Assembly (NCBI GenBank): GCA_964543525.1
Contig: CAZIYW010000001.1
Location: 19,734-83,733, forward strand
From: an uncultured Fibrobacterota bacterium
Lineage (GTDB): Bacteria; Fibrobacterota; Chitinivibrionia; Chitinivibrionales; JANQEN01
Direction of reading: 5' to 3'
DNA: 64,000 bases
Of this stretch, positions 19,482-29,750 are shown piece by piece (the first letter of the stretch is position 1; each line of letters opens with the position of its first letter). The notes under the pieces were generated by a model. It searched no databases. It was not told the DNA's origin and saw nothing but the letters and a program-made list of their open reading frames with translations. Both the position numbers and the translations under genes were made by a program.

Positions 19482-21047
19482 TCACTGCCTTCCATTCGGA
19501 CTGAAAATGTGCTCAAGAATATATGATGTATCACCTCTCCCGCCAAAGACTTCCCTGAAATTATCCGGGTATACCTCAACAGCTTCTTTCACTTTGTTCA
19601 TATACGTTTCGTGCGGGCGGTGGTAGAAATCGGAAACAACAATATACTTAATAGTGTTCATATCAAGATAGGCCATAAACTCATTAACGGTTTCTGCACC
19701 GTGAACCGGTACGCAGTAAGGGCCCCGCCTGAGATATAGATATGAATGAGTCTGGCAGGCCACTGTAATCCCGGATTCCACATTTTTAACTATCCACTCA
19801 ATACAATTCTGGAACCGGCTGTCACCATAGCGGGGCGGCATGGTAAAGTGCGGATTCGTCAGCGTTCGCAGTGCATTGTCACCGATAATTCCTGCCCAGA
19901 GAACGCATACTACCCCAACTGAGAAAAGTCTTCTTTTAACAATAATTGTGGAAATAGTATCCAGACCGGTATAAAGATAGAGGAATAGAAACGGAATTAT
20001 CGGCACCACAAGGCGCACGTACAGCGGTCCGTAAATAAATAAAATCCCCATATAGCACAACACATACAATTGTATAAGTGTTATCCGCTTAAAGCTCCGC
20101 ACATATCCCGTAATGACAATGCCCGTTACTACAGCCATTGCCAGCGCCTTGATTTTATTCATGTCATAAAGATCATAGGTGCTGCGGATTACTGCCTGTG
20201 GAATCAACGTAAGTCCATATCCGCAAAGGAATTTTACCGCTTTAGAGCCATATCGGATGATTATATCCATTGCAGTCACCCCATTGTCAACAGCTCCTCC
20301 GGCGATTACGGATCCAAAAAGCGGATGCAAGCCGAAAGCGGCTCGGAGGGATCCGACACGCAAGGGTGGAAAAAACAGTGAAACCACAACAAACAGGCAC
20401 AACAACAATCCCGGCACAACAGCATACCACCGGGTATTTCGCTTTTCCCCGGCAAAGAAAAGCAGATAGATTGTCAATGCTGCCGGCAGGCTTACCCCCA
20501 GCAATCGTATTGAGCTGATATATACTGCAAAAACAGAAAGCAGGAGCACCCGCAGGATAGTCAGATTTCCTTTCCAGAAATACCATAGAAAGAAAAAAAA
20601 CAGTGTGGTGGCAATATAAAAGGTCTCTGAATAGAGATACGAAGAGAGGAGATGAATACCCGAACTGAAGCATAAAGCAGAAAGTATTAACGCCGGTTTT
20701 ACTATTTCCCGCTCTTCCTTATAAAGCATCAGTGCATACAGTGTAAAAGAGACATAGATCAGCAGAAAGAGGACAAACTTTAAAACATACCAGTGTGTAC
20801 CGAAAATCCTGACAAACAGTGCAATAAACAGTGGAAATCCCGGCGGCCACCACAGAAAGTGATGCGATCCCGGAAGCGCCGGATCAATGAATCCCCTGCC
20901 CTGAGCAAAGGCAATCCCGAGCGACATATACCCGCAATTATCGCCGTACTGAAAAATCTCAAAGCTGAATGAGACGATAAGCACCAGCAATGCCGATAGT
21001 GCAGAAATAGATATAAAATACCAATGCATTTCCAGATTAGTTTTCAT
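19482..21047 (-). CDS. large polytopic membrane protein, GT-C-like (alternative: O-antigen polymerase/ligase-like)
   Basis: 521 aa, highly hydrophobic, with YGDNCGYMSLGIAFAQGRGF after TM1 and a soluble C-terminal ~110 aa. Confidence 0.45.
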   Translation of the reverse strand: MKTNLEMHWYFISISALSALLVLIVSFSFEIFQYGDNCGYMSLGIAFAQGRGFIDPALPGSHHFLWWPPGFPLFIALFVRIFGTHWYVLKFVLFLLIYVSFTLYALMLYKEEREIVKPALILSALCFSSGIHLLSSYLYSETFYIATTLFFFFLWYFWKGNLTILRVLLLSVFAVYISSIRLLGVSLPAALTIYLLFFAGEKRNTRWYAVVPGLLLCLFVVVSLFFPPLRVGSLRAAFGLHPLFGSVIAGGAVDNGVTAMDIIIRYGSKAVKFLCGYGLTLIPQAVIRSTYDLYDMNKIKALAMAVVTGIVITGYVRSFKRITLIQLYVLCYMGILFIYGPLYVRLVVPIIPFLFLYLYTGLDTISTIIVKRRLFSVGVVCVLWAGIIGDNALRTLTNPHFTMPPRYGDSRFQNCIEWIVKNVESGITVACQTHSYLYLRRGPYCVPVHGAETVNEFMAYLDMNTIKYIVVSDFYHRPHETYMNKVKEAVEVYPDNFREVFGGRGDTSYILEHIFSPNGRQ

Positions 21048-21125
21048 GCACGGGGGACCTTTACTCTATTACATGTCACACTTTATTCAACTCATTCAAA
21101 GAGTCGTATTCCGGACTCTGTACCG

Positions 21126-22697
21126 TCACGACTCAAGTTTATACAAAATTATGGTATCAAGCCGCCAGAGTGCTTTCAGCTTGAAATTCTTCTTGGGATC
21201 ATGTAAAAGCTTCCAGAGACCGCTCTCATTCTCTTTTGTCAAGACATAGGAAATGTTGTATATGTCTATAAATTTCTCCAGCCACTCAACTGTTTTAAAG
21301 TTTATTGCATTCACGACTAACAGATCATGTAAAAAGTAATATTTCCATAAAAAAGTACTCAGAACCACTGCGGATTTCGGTACCCTTTTAACGGTTTCTT
21401 CAACAGCCTTACGGTTTAATCGGTCTTCATAGCATTCGTTTCCCCTTCCCGACAGATAAAATTCCAGAGGATAGACCACGGTACAGAGTGCAAGACAAAG
21501 CTGTGCAATCACTAAAGAGTATCGTACAGCAGTTTTTTTCACGTTTTCCCGGATAAAAGCAATTCCTACTCCGGCCAGACAGTAGATAAAAACATAATAC
21601 ACCATTATATACCGAGCAACCCACGAGTTATAAGCGATATAAGCCATGAAAGGGAGGTAAAATAAGGAAAACCAGAGTATTGGTTTATATAGTTCTTTTT
21701 TACCCCGTAACGCGAAACCACCTGCTATACAAAGAGGCAATAGTGCCAGGCTGAGGTTATGATCAAACCAGGGAAACATTTTTATCATCTCAAGCAGCCC
21801 AAGAAAAGGACGTGCAACGAATACATGAAAGACACCAAATTGTGACAGATATTTCGATAACGATGGTATACCCAGATAAACATCGAAATGATTTTTAAAA
21901 CTCTCCATATACAGGGTAAACTTTGAAACCTGAAAAAGAGGAGAGCCGAAGGCAAGGTAATTACGTATCATCCAGGGCAACGCTAATACTAACGAAATTA
22001 GAGAAAAAATGATACTTTTTCTCACAACACCTTTTTCACTACGTAATTTCCACCAGGCGTAGACAAACACCGGAATCAAAAATATCGCCGTCGTCTTTAA
22101 TAGAAACAGCAGGCCAAACGCGATTCCACTTAACACCACATTTCTTATTGATTTAAATATACGGTCGGCCCTGTTTACAAAAACGAAGAAACCAAGCGCG
22201 ACGAGCATATCCGGATAAATATGGGCGGAATACACAATCAGAAAGGGACTGGCGGTGAAAAAGAGCAGGGTGCTGATTGTGGCAACCGGCCCGAAGGCAT
22301 TATGCATTCCTACAGCAATAATAACCATGAAAATTCCACATATACACAGGTTAAGAACCTGTCCGGCACGGAAGGTATCTGATATAACCGGACGAAACAG
22401 CGCTATCAGTATCGGATACAGAGGTGATCGGTTGTCCTCCGGATGCGGCAGTTTCCGTTCAAAGTACAGATCATGCTCGATAACTTTACTGGTCATAAAC
22501 TCTTTACCCGGAAACTGAACTGCCAGGCGAAGCCAGGCACCTTCATCACCTTCGGCAATACAATGTTTAATCGCAACATTACATCGTATCAGAAGGGCAA
22601 AGAGTATAATTGCGCAGATAAAGCACCAGTAGCAGAACGGAGTTCGAAACTGCCGGAACAACGCTTCTCCCCTGATATTTATCCTTGCATATTTCAT
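21126..22697 (-). CDS. GT-C-like polytopic membrane glycosyltransferase
   Basis: 523 aa. The acidic loop motif AEGDEGAWLRL follows TM1, then PHPEDNRSPLYP. It has many TM helices and a soluble C-terminus. Confidence 0.55.
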   Translation of the reverse strand: MKYARINIRGEALFRQFRTPFCYWCFICAIILFALLIRCNVAIKHCIAEGDEGAWLRLAVQFPGKEFMTSKVIEHDLYFERKLPHPEDNRSPLYPILIALFRPVISDTFRAGQVLNLCICGIFMVIIAVGMHNAFGPVATISTLLFFTASPFLIVYSAHIYPDMLVALGFFVFVNRADRIFKSIRNVVLSGIAFGLLFLLKTTAIFLIPVFVYAWWKLRSEKGVVRKSIIFSLISLVLALPWMIRNYLAFGSPLFQVSKFTLYMESFKNHFDVYLGIPSLSKYLSQFGVFHVFVARPFLGLLEMIKMFPWFDHNLSLALLPLCIAGGFALRGKKELYKPILWFSLFYLPFMAYIAYNSWVARYIMVYYVFIYCLAGVGIAFIRENVKKTAVRYSLVIAQLCLALCTVVYPLEFYLSGRGNECYEDRLNRKAVEETVKRVPKSAVVLSTFLWKYYFLHDLLVVNAINFKTVEWLEKFIDIYNISYVLTKENESGLWKLLHDPKKNFKLKALWRLDTIILYKLES

Positions 22698-22746
22698 ATC
22701 AGTATTAAATTACTGTCTGTTAAGACATACTCCTTGTTGTACTGAA

Positions 22747-24066
22747 TTAATACAGTTTTATTTTACGCACGGCGAAAAGCAACATCCTCAGAAGAATAAA
22801 ACCGTGGCGCCACCGGGAAATATTTGTTGTGCCGTGCTCCCGTTCACGATAGATTATCGGCAGTTCTACGATTTTTAATCCAAGGCGCGAAGCGCCAAAC
22901 AGGAGATCAAAATCACCAAAGGGATCAAATTCTCCGAAGAATGATCGGTTCTGCGCAAGTTTCAAGTAATTCTTCCTTGAAAGGACTTTCGTTCCGCAGA
23001 GAGTATCTTTAAATCTCTGGCCGAGAACATATGAAAAAGCAAGGGCGAAGAATTTATTGCCGATCATATTCATAAACCGCATGGCACGCTTTTCCATGGG
23101 ATACACCAGCCTGCTGCCGTTGATGAATTCTCCGCCGTCACTGACAAGTGCCTCATAGAACTTCGGCAATTCTTCGGGTGCCACTGTCATATCCGCATCG
23201 AGAATCATAAGGACATCTTTTGTAGCAATCGAGAATCCTTTCCGGACAGCATCACCTTTTCCTTTTCCCTCCTGCTGTGCCACAACAATTTGACGTTCAC
23301 TCCCGAATCGCTCCTGCACCTCTTTTATCTTCTCCCAGGTACCGTCCTTTGAGTTTCCTTCAACAAATATCAACTCATCATCATCGCTAATCCGCGGCAA
23401 ACGCTGTACGATTTTTTTAATATTCAATTCTTCATTCCTTGCAGGGACTATTACTGAAACGGACGGTCTCTTTTTATACCTATCTTTAAAAAGAGGTCGA
23501 ACCACAGCGATATGAAACATATTGAATGAGTTAAAGAATGGCAAATGAGATAGATACGTATTAATAAAATTACTCAGTACCGGCAGCCAAACGGGAATTA
23601 AACACCGGCTTTGCCTGCTGACCAGTTGAAAATTTGCCAGCAGAAGAAAATTTTCGATATCTTCATGGGCAATCCAGTTTTTCTCGGGAGTTTTTCTGCG
23701 GATTCCCAGAAAGGATGCCAAGGCAAGTAACGGCTTCCATAAACTGCTGTAGTAGGTCATAAGAACCCGTGTCTCAGGTATACACAGGCTATGCACCGCC
23801 TTAAGAAACGATTGCACATCCCGCTCATAATGAATGTTTCCGTTCAGTATAATATAATCGGGATTCTCTATCGATGAATTCACGGAAGCCGGTTCTCCGA
23901 CCGGTGTGTTTTTATTTTCCACTGAAAGATTGCAAATACCCTTCTTTTGTGCCGATAAGTTTTTATATACAAAATCATCGGAAGGATTTACCTCTATAAA
24001 TGTATCAGCCGGCCTGACATAGAACGAAAAATATCTTACCAGCAGTCTGTAGAAATATTTTTTCAT
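22747..24066 (-). CDS. glycosyltransferase family 2 with ~190-aa N-terminal extension (methyltransferase-like remnant?)
   Basis: The GT2 core has VSVIVPARNEE, FVEGNSKDGT and ILDADMTV. The N-terminal domain is unassigned. Confidence 0.75.
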   Translation of the reverse strand: MKKYFYRLLVRYFSFYVRPADTFIEVNPSDDFVYKNLSAQKKGICNLSVENKNTPVGEPASVNSSIENPDYIILNGNIHYERDVQSFLKAVHSLCIPETRVLMTYYSSLWKPLLALASFLGIRRKTPEKNWIAHEDIENFLLLANFQLVSRQSRCLIPVWLPVLSNFINTYLSHLPFFNSFNMFHIAVVRPLFKDRYKKRPSVSVIVPARNEELNIKKIVQRLPRISDDDELIFVEGNSKDGTWEKIKEVQERFGSERQIVVAQQEGKGKGDAVRKGFSIATKDVLMILDADMTVAPEELPKFYEALVSDGGEFINGSRLVYPMEKRAMRFMNMIGNKFFALAFSYVLGQRFKDTLCGTKVLSRKNYLKLAQNRSFFGEFDPFGDFDLLFGASRLGLKIVELPIIYREREHGTTNISRWRHGFILLRMLLFAVRKIKLY

Positions 24067-24275
24067 CTCATCCTTTACCTGTAATCCTGAGAATACCTGA
24101 ATTTCAATATGCCCAGGGGAATCAACGTTTTCTTTATACTAAATTATACATAACAGTGATGAATGTGCAAAGAGATAAATATTACGATATACTATTTATT
24201 GATAGTTGTATTAATGCGGATAACCTGTCGGGGTAAAAATGTTAATGCCATATTTTCCTTTCGTATCTATATCCA

Positions 24276-24305
24276 TTGACTTATTCCGGTTCAAAGCCAT
24301 ATAAT
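24276..24305 (+). promoter_or_regulatory. candidate sigma-70-type promoter for the plus-strand glycan operon
   Basis: TTGACT (24276-24281), an 18-nt spacer, then TATAAT (24300-24305). It lies about 190 nt upstream of ATG 24496 in the 429-bp divergent intergenic region. Confidence 0.25.
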
Positions 24306-24495
24306 AAATACAAATACGGATGATCCGGGTCGGACGGCTAAAGGTTTACTGCGCAGCAAATTGAAGTGAATAAAACAATACTCTGTAAAATGTTCCATAA
24401 TCGGTAAAAAAAAGTAATCCGGGAATCGGAGTATTTAGGAATCCGTATTAATATTTTTAAAGAACAGCCAATTAAGACCTTCTGTATCTACTATT

Positions 24496-25662
24496 ATGAA
24501 AAACAATATTGAAATACAAACTATCTGCAAGGATGTGCTTACATACGCCAACGCGAATCATTATTCCGGTTATAATAAATTTGACGGACTCACCAGCCCT
24601 CTTACAAAACTATTAAGCTTTAACAATAAATGGGGGCGCCTGTTCTGGAGTCAGGTGGTTATGCGCTCACCTTTCAATATTCGTCCGTTACTGGGGATAA
24701 AAAAATCACGAAATCCCAAAGGCATTGCTCTTTTTGCGTGGGCATATCTCAATATGTTTGAGACTACGGAAAATGAGGAATTCCTGGAAAACGCAAAAGC
24801 ATTACTTGACTGGTTGATGAGCAATCAATCACCCGGGTTCGACAACCCATGTTGGGGATATCAATATCCATGGCAGGATATCGGATTCTACGCGCCGGCT
24901 AATTATCCAAATCGCATAGTGACCTTTTTTGTCTGTAGAGCCTTTTTAAAGGGATACGCAATTACAAGTAACCCCGTCTATCTGGAGATTGTCAGGAAAT
25001 CAACAAACTTTATTATCAATACACCAAAGATACTGTTTGAATCTGATACTATGAAATGTTTAAGTTATGTACCGAGCGACAAAATAAACTGGGTTGTTAT
25101 GGATGTGAACGCTTTGAGTTCTGTTATTCTGGCACTTGTTGCAAAGGAGACTGATGATAATTTCCTGAAAAACGAAGCCAAAAAGCTCATTCATTACGTG
25201 GTGGATAAACAGACAGAGTACGGCGCGTGGTATTATTCGCATCCTCCCAAAGCCTCGCACATCAAACACGATAATTACCATACCGGTTATATCGTTGATG
25301 CTCTACAGGATTATATGGAGGCAACCGGTGACCTGGAATATGAAGAGGTGCATGAAAGAGGATTGCGGTTTTACGCCGACAATCTTTTCTTAAAAAACGG
25401 AGCGCCGAAATGGATGAGTGATAAAGAGTACCCCTTTGATATTCATGGCGCTGCACAGGGAATAATAACCTTTTCCCGGCACCCCGCGTACCATGACCTT
25501 GCTGAAAAAATTCTGAGCTGGACAATCGATAATTTGTATAATCCGGTTGGTTATTTTTATTACCAGAAGCGTAAATGGTATACGAAAAAGTTTACATTAA
25601 TGCGATGGTGTAACGCGTGGATGGCGCTTGCTTTAACAAATCGGGTAATAAGCCGTAAATAA
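24496..25662 (+). CDS. hypothetical protein (possibly an alpha/alpha-toroid glycan-processing fold)
   Basis: 388 aa, soluble, no signal peptide. It has Trp/Tyr-rich repeats (CWGYQYPWQD, YGAWYYSH, HTGYIVDAL). First gene of the plus-strand operon. The family was not recognised with confidence. Confidence 0.35.
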   Translation: MKNNIEIQTICKDVLTYANANHYSGYNKFDGLTSPLTKLLSFNNKWGRLFWSQVVMRSPFNIRPLLGIKKSRNPKGIALFAWAYLNMFETTENEEFLENAKALLDWLMSNQSPGFDNPCWGYQYPWQDIGFYAPANYPNRIVTFFVCRAFLKGYAITSNPVYLEIVRKSTNFIINTPKILFESDTMKCLSYVPSDKINWVVMDVNALSSVILALVAKETDDNFLKNEAKKLIHYVVDKQTEYGAWYYSHPPKASHIKHDNYHTGYIVDALQDYMEATGDLEYEEVHERGLRFYADNLFLKNGAPKWMSDKEYPFDIHGAAQGIITFSRHPAYHDLAEKILSWTIDNLYNPVGYFYYQKRKWYTKKFTLMRWCNAWMALALTNRVISRK

Positions 25663-25669
25663 GGTACCT

Positions 25670-26746
25670 ATGAGAATTATTGCTATTGCGGGAATGATTG
25701 ATGCAAAACTTGAGTCAAAGATTCTTCCCCTTCAGGAATTGTCCTCAGTGTCACGTATCTATCTGGTTAGAAGAAAAAAGTATTGCGGGAAAAAAATATT
25801 CTGTTATTCACCTCCTTTCAAAAATATTTTCACGGCTGAAATTTATCGATTTATTACACTTTTTTATCTATGCCTTTTCCGAAGGCCTGATATGATAATT
25901 GCGTTCGGAACAGTTATGCACGGGATCTATGCCTATATTGCATCAAAAATATTTAACCTGTTCTGTGTGCAACTGGTGTTAGGGAAAAACGATCTCGGTA
26001 CAAGCATAAAAAAAAGGCATTTCGCTCAACCAATATTATTCCATGTAATTAAATCGGGAGATGCCATCATTGTTCGCGGTGAAAATACAAGAAATATATT
26101 GACAAATGGAGGTATTCCGGGAAGCAAAATAGGTATTATACCCAATCTCTTCGATTTTTCCTTATTCAAAAAAGATGAGACAATAGAAAAAAAATATGAC
26201 CTGGTATACACTGGTATACTTGAAGAATATAAAAGAATCGATCTGCTCTTGCATATTGTAGCCCTCTTGAAAAAGGATAATCCTGACATCTCTCTGGCTG
26301 TTGCGGGGGACGGCTCACAAAAGAACTCTATTCTGAAATTGATTATTAAACTCGAACTTCAGGAGAATGTGTTTCTTTTAGGGACACTATCACAAAAAAA
26401 TATCTCCCTGGTATTAAACCAGTCAAAAATATTTGTAATGACTTCTCAGGGTGAAGGCCTGCCAATGGCAATGCTTGAAGCAATGAGCTGCGGGCTCCCT
26501 GTTTTAGTTCCTGATGATGCTGATATACCAACGCACATAATGAATGGGGAAAACGGTTACTTAATAAAAATCGGCGACATTCACGGGTATACGGAGAAAA
26601 TTAATTTACTATTGCAGGATTCATCTTTATATCATAGAATCAGTCTGACGGCAGTTAATGCAATGCGTTTAAAGGAAAAAGAATATTCACTTGAAAATTT
26701 GAAAAATGCATGGCAGGAAGTATTGGCATTATCCTGTAAGGATTAA
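25670..26746 (+). CDS. glycosyltransferase family 4 (GT-B fold)
   Basis: C-terminal GT1/GT4 signature SQGEGLPMAMLEAMSCGLPVLV. Confidence 0.8.
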   Translation: MRIIAIAGMIDAKLESKILPLQELSSVSRIYLVRRKKYCGKKIFCYSPPFKNIFTAEIYRFITLFYLCLFRRPDMIIAFGTVMHGIYAYIASKIFNLFCVQLVLGKNDLGTSIKKRHFAQPILFHVIKSGDAIIVRGENTRNILTNGGIPGSKIGIIPNLFDFSLFKKDETIEKKYDLVYTGILEEYKRIDLLLHIVALLKKDNPDISLAVAGDGSQKNSILKLIIKLELQENVFLLGTLSQKNISLVLNQSKIFVMTSQGEGLPMAMLEAMSCGLPVLVPDDADIPTHIMNGENGYLIKIGDIHGYTEKINLLLQDSSLYHRISLTAVNAMRLKEKEYSLENLKNAWQEVLALSCKD

Positions 26747-26751
26747 TAACA

Positions 26752-28641
26752 GTGTGTGGAATTTGCGGCTATATAAATAATAATAATCTCGGGGCAAAAC
26801 GGAACAACATCCTCGAGCAGATGACCGGCACATTAATACACCGCGGCCCCGACGAGGACGGCCTTTATGTTGATAAAACAGCAGCACTTGGCATGCGTCG
26901 GCTTAAAATAATCGATCTTTCAACCGGGAGCCAGCCGATATTCAATGAAGATAAAAGCATTGTTACTGTCTTTAACGGGGAAATTTATAACTACCGGGAT
27001 ATCCGTAAAGATCTCGAGAAATCCGGCCATTCATTTTATACAAATACCGACACCGAAGTTATTGTACACGCATATGAAGCATACGGAGAAGAATGTGTAA
27101 ATAAATTCAATGGAATGTTCGCTATTGCTCTCTGGGATATAAAAGCTCAGAAACTGATACTTTTTCGCGATCGCCTTGGAATAAAACCACTCTATTATTG
27201 CCAAATTAAAAATGACCTGATTTTTGGTTCAGAGATCAAGGCCATCCTCAAATATCCGGGTTTAAAAGCAGACATTGATAATGAAATGGCTGCAGCATAC
27301 TTCGCTTTACGTTATGTACCTGCTCCCTGGTCAATTTACAAGCAGATTCAAAAAGTATTGCCGGGAACAATGCTTATTTGGAAGAATGGAGACATAAAAC
27401 AGAAAAAATACTGGCGTATTTCATTCACCGGTAAAAACTATTATCCTTTCGAGAAAGCAGTCGAAAAATTCGAAGAACTCTTTTCTCAATCCGTTCAACG
27501 GCGAATGGTCAGTGATGTCCCGCTTGGCGGATTTTTAAGCGGCGGGATAGATTCATCGCTTGTTGCACGGGAGATGCGGTTGCACAGTACTAATGTCAAT
27601 ACCTTTAATGTAAAATTCGGCCCGGGCTATTTTGATGAAACCGCCTATGCGATAATGGCTGCAAAGGCAATCGGCACTAATCATGAAGTGCTGAACCTGG
27701 GGATGAATCTGGAAGAGATTTTACCGAAAATCGCATATTATTTTGACGAGCCTTTCGCTGACCCTGCAGCCTTACCGGCATTCGGCATGTCCCAAAAAGC
27801 AAGGGAAAAAGTAACCGTCGTGCTCACCGGTGACGGCGGTGATGAAGTATTCGGCGGCTATGAGCGTTACATTTCCGAGCTCTGGGCACAGAAAGTAAGA
27901 CTCCTTCCAGCATATCTCAGAAACGGTATCATTAAAAAAGCTCTGGATATTCTCAGGCTGTCAGGTTTAGCACGGAACAGGACAAGACATCTGCTGGAAC
28001 GCTCTCTCCTGAAAATGGAACGATTGAATCTTCAGCCCGACCAGCGATATATACAGCATTTTTACACCTTTACCTGGGCTGAACAACAAAAATTGTGGCA
28101 CAAAGACGCATTGCCTGAAAATGACAGGGTAAAAGATTATTTTACTCAAACACTGAACGAAGGGGGCTCAGATTTTCTTAACAAGCGTTTCTTTCTAGAT
28201 TTGAACACCTGGCTTCCCGATCAGATGCTGGTAAAAATAGACCGGATGACTATGGCCCATGGTCTTGAAGCACGGGTTCCTTTTCTTGATCATGAACTGG
28301 TGGAATTTGCCTGCGGATTACCGAGTCAGTATAAAACAGGTTTTTTTGTATTAAAAAAGCTGCTTCGGCATGCAGCCGCAGGTGTCCTGCCGGAGAAGAT
28401 AACGAAAAGGCCGAAACATGGTTTTGCCGTACCTTTGGACAATCTTCTTCGTACGACTTGGAAAGAAATTTTTCACAATACCATGAACACCTGTCAATCA
28501 AAGAATAATAATTTATTTAATTTTCGATATGTCAATATCATATTTCAGGAGCACTTAAAAGGATACTACAATCATGGAGATAAACTATACTCATTATTAA
28601 TGTGGTTTTTTAGCAATTGTTGTTTACATTATGAAGCGTAA
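26752..28641 (+). CDS. asparagine synthase (glutamine-hydrolysing) family amidotransferase
   Basis: A GTG start is followed by Cys2 (MCGICGY), the Ntn nucleophile. PP-loop LSGGIDSS is present. 629 aa. Confidence 0.9.
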   Translation: MCGICGYINNNNLGAKRNNILEQMTGTLIHRGPDEDGLYVDKTAALGMRRLKIIDLSTGSQPIFNEDKSIVTVFNGEIYNYRDIRKDLEKSGHSFYTNTDTEVIVHAYEAYGEECVNKFNGMFAIALWDIKAQKLILFRDRLGIKPLYYCQIKNDLIFGSEIKAILKYPGLKADIDNEMAAAYFALRYVPAPWSIYKQIQKVLPGTMLIWKNGDIKQKKYWRISFTGKNYYPFEKAVEKFEELFSQSVQRRMVSDVPLGGFLSGGIDSSLVAREMRLHSTNVNTFNVKFGPGYFDETAYAIMAAKAIGTNHEVLNLGMNLEEILPKIAYYFDEPFADPAALPAFGMSQKAREKVTVVLTGDGGDEVFGGYERYISELWAQKVRLLPAYLRNGIIKKALDILRLSGLARNRTRHLLERSLLKMERLNLQPDQRYIQHFYTFTWAEQQKLWHKDALPENDRVKDYFTQTLNEGGSDFLNKRFFLDLNTWLPDQMLVKIDRMTMAHGLEARVPFLDHELVEFACGLPSQYKTGFFVLKKLLRHAAAGVLPEKITKRPKHGFAVPLDNLLRTTWKEIFHNTMNTCQSKNNNLFNFRYVNIIFQEHLKGYYNHGDKLYSLLMWFFSNCCLHYEA

Positions 28642-29725
28642 AATGCTTGAATATATCTGTTGTCCTGAATGCAGAGGGGAACTCGAGCTCCTGGAAAAAG
28701 AACTCGAACTCTCAGGATCGAACAGTGACATTGTCAATGGTTTACTTACCTGCGGCAGATGCGGCCTGTTTCCAATTATAAACGCTATTCCCAGGCTCCT
28801 ACCTAAAAAATATCTCCCTGACTACTTATTCGCATTTTATCCTGAATGGCTGGAAAAATGCAAATTGAATAATTATACTGTTAACAAATCAAGTGAAGAA
28901 ATTAACACGGTAAAAACACTACTCAGTTTTTCGTTTGAGTGGAGCACCTACAACACCAATTACGATTTCTGGCAGAAAGAATTCAATATATTTACCCGGC
29001 CGTGGAATAATAAACAATTTACCGGCAAAGTAATAGCGGATTTTGGTTGCGGTATGGGGCGATATACTTCAGTGGCATGCAGACGAGGCGGTGAAATTAT
29101 AGCTATGGATTTAAGTAATGCTATAGAAAGCGCCTATAATAATTGTAAAGAATTTAATAATTTCCATGCTGTTCAGGGAGATATATGTAACCCACCGGTA
29201 AAAGAAAAAATACTGGACATGTATTATAGTCTGGGCGTTTTACACCACATTCCACAGGGTGCACAGTACGGTTTAAAAAGCCTTCTACCGCTGCTTAAGT
29301 TTAAAGGAGAAATGCTCGTGTGGCTTTATGGAACAACAAGAGGTGATAAAAGATTCCATCCGGGAAAATTAGGCAGGTCATTAATTAAAAAATTACCTCT
29401 AAAACTAATAAATGTTTTCAGCTGGATGTATGCGATACTTGTTTATCTGTTCTTTAAAATACCCGCGCATCTTCTCACTGTGGTTGGTTTATCAAAGATA
29501 GCCGGAAAAATACCATTTCCCACATGGAGAAAATATTCGTTAAAAGCAATCGCCTGTAACGTATTTGACATTTATGCAACACCGGTTGAGTATGGCTACA
29601 ATAAGGAAGAAATTGAACAGATGATGAAGGAGGCCGGATATTGTAATATTAAAGTTGAAGCTGTTGATACTTCTTTCAGAGAACGGGCAAGCTGGATTGG
29701 TATAGGAAACCGACAACCTATATGA
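28631..29725 (+). CDS. class I SAM-dependent methyltransferase with N-terminal Trm112-like zinc ribbon
   Basis: The ribbon is CPECRGELE ... CGRCGLFPIINAIPRLL. SAM motif I is VIADFGCGMGRY. There is an 11-nt overlap with the upstream asnB-like gene. Confidence 0.75.
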   Translation: MKRKMLEYICCPECRGELELLEKELELSGSNSDIVNGLLTCGRCGLFPIINAIPRLLPKKYLPDYLFAFYPEWLEKCKLNNYTVNKSSEEINTVKTLLSFSFEWSTYNTNYDFWQKEFNIFTRPWNNKQFTGKVIADFGCGMGRYTSVACRRGGEIIAMDLSNAIESAYNNCKEFNNFHAVQGDICNPPVKEKILDMYYSLGVLHHIPQGAQYGLKSLLPLLKFKGEMLVWLYGTTRGDKRFHPGKLGRSLIKKLPLKLINVFSWMYAILVYLFFKIPAHLLTVVGLSKIAGKIPFPTWRKYSLKAIACNVFDIYATPVEYGYNKEEIEQMMKEAGYCNIKVEAVDTSFRERASWIGIGNRQPI

Positions 29726-29750
29726 AAAAACTGAACATTAGAAGGTAAAC

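Noticed and set aside
24313-24449. 9-bp inverted repeat AATACGGAT / ATCCGTATT, 120 nt apart in the divergent intergenic region
   Set aside because: My rough expectation for a 9-mer inverted repeat somewhere in a 430-bp region is about 0.3, so it is not distinguishable from chance.
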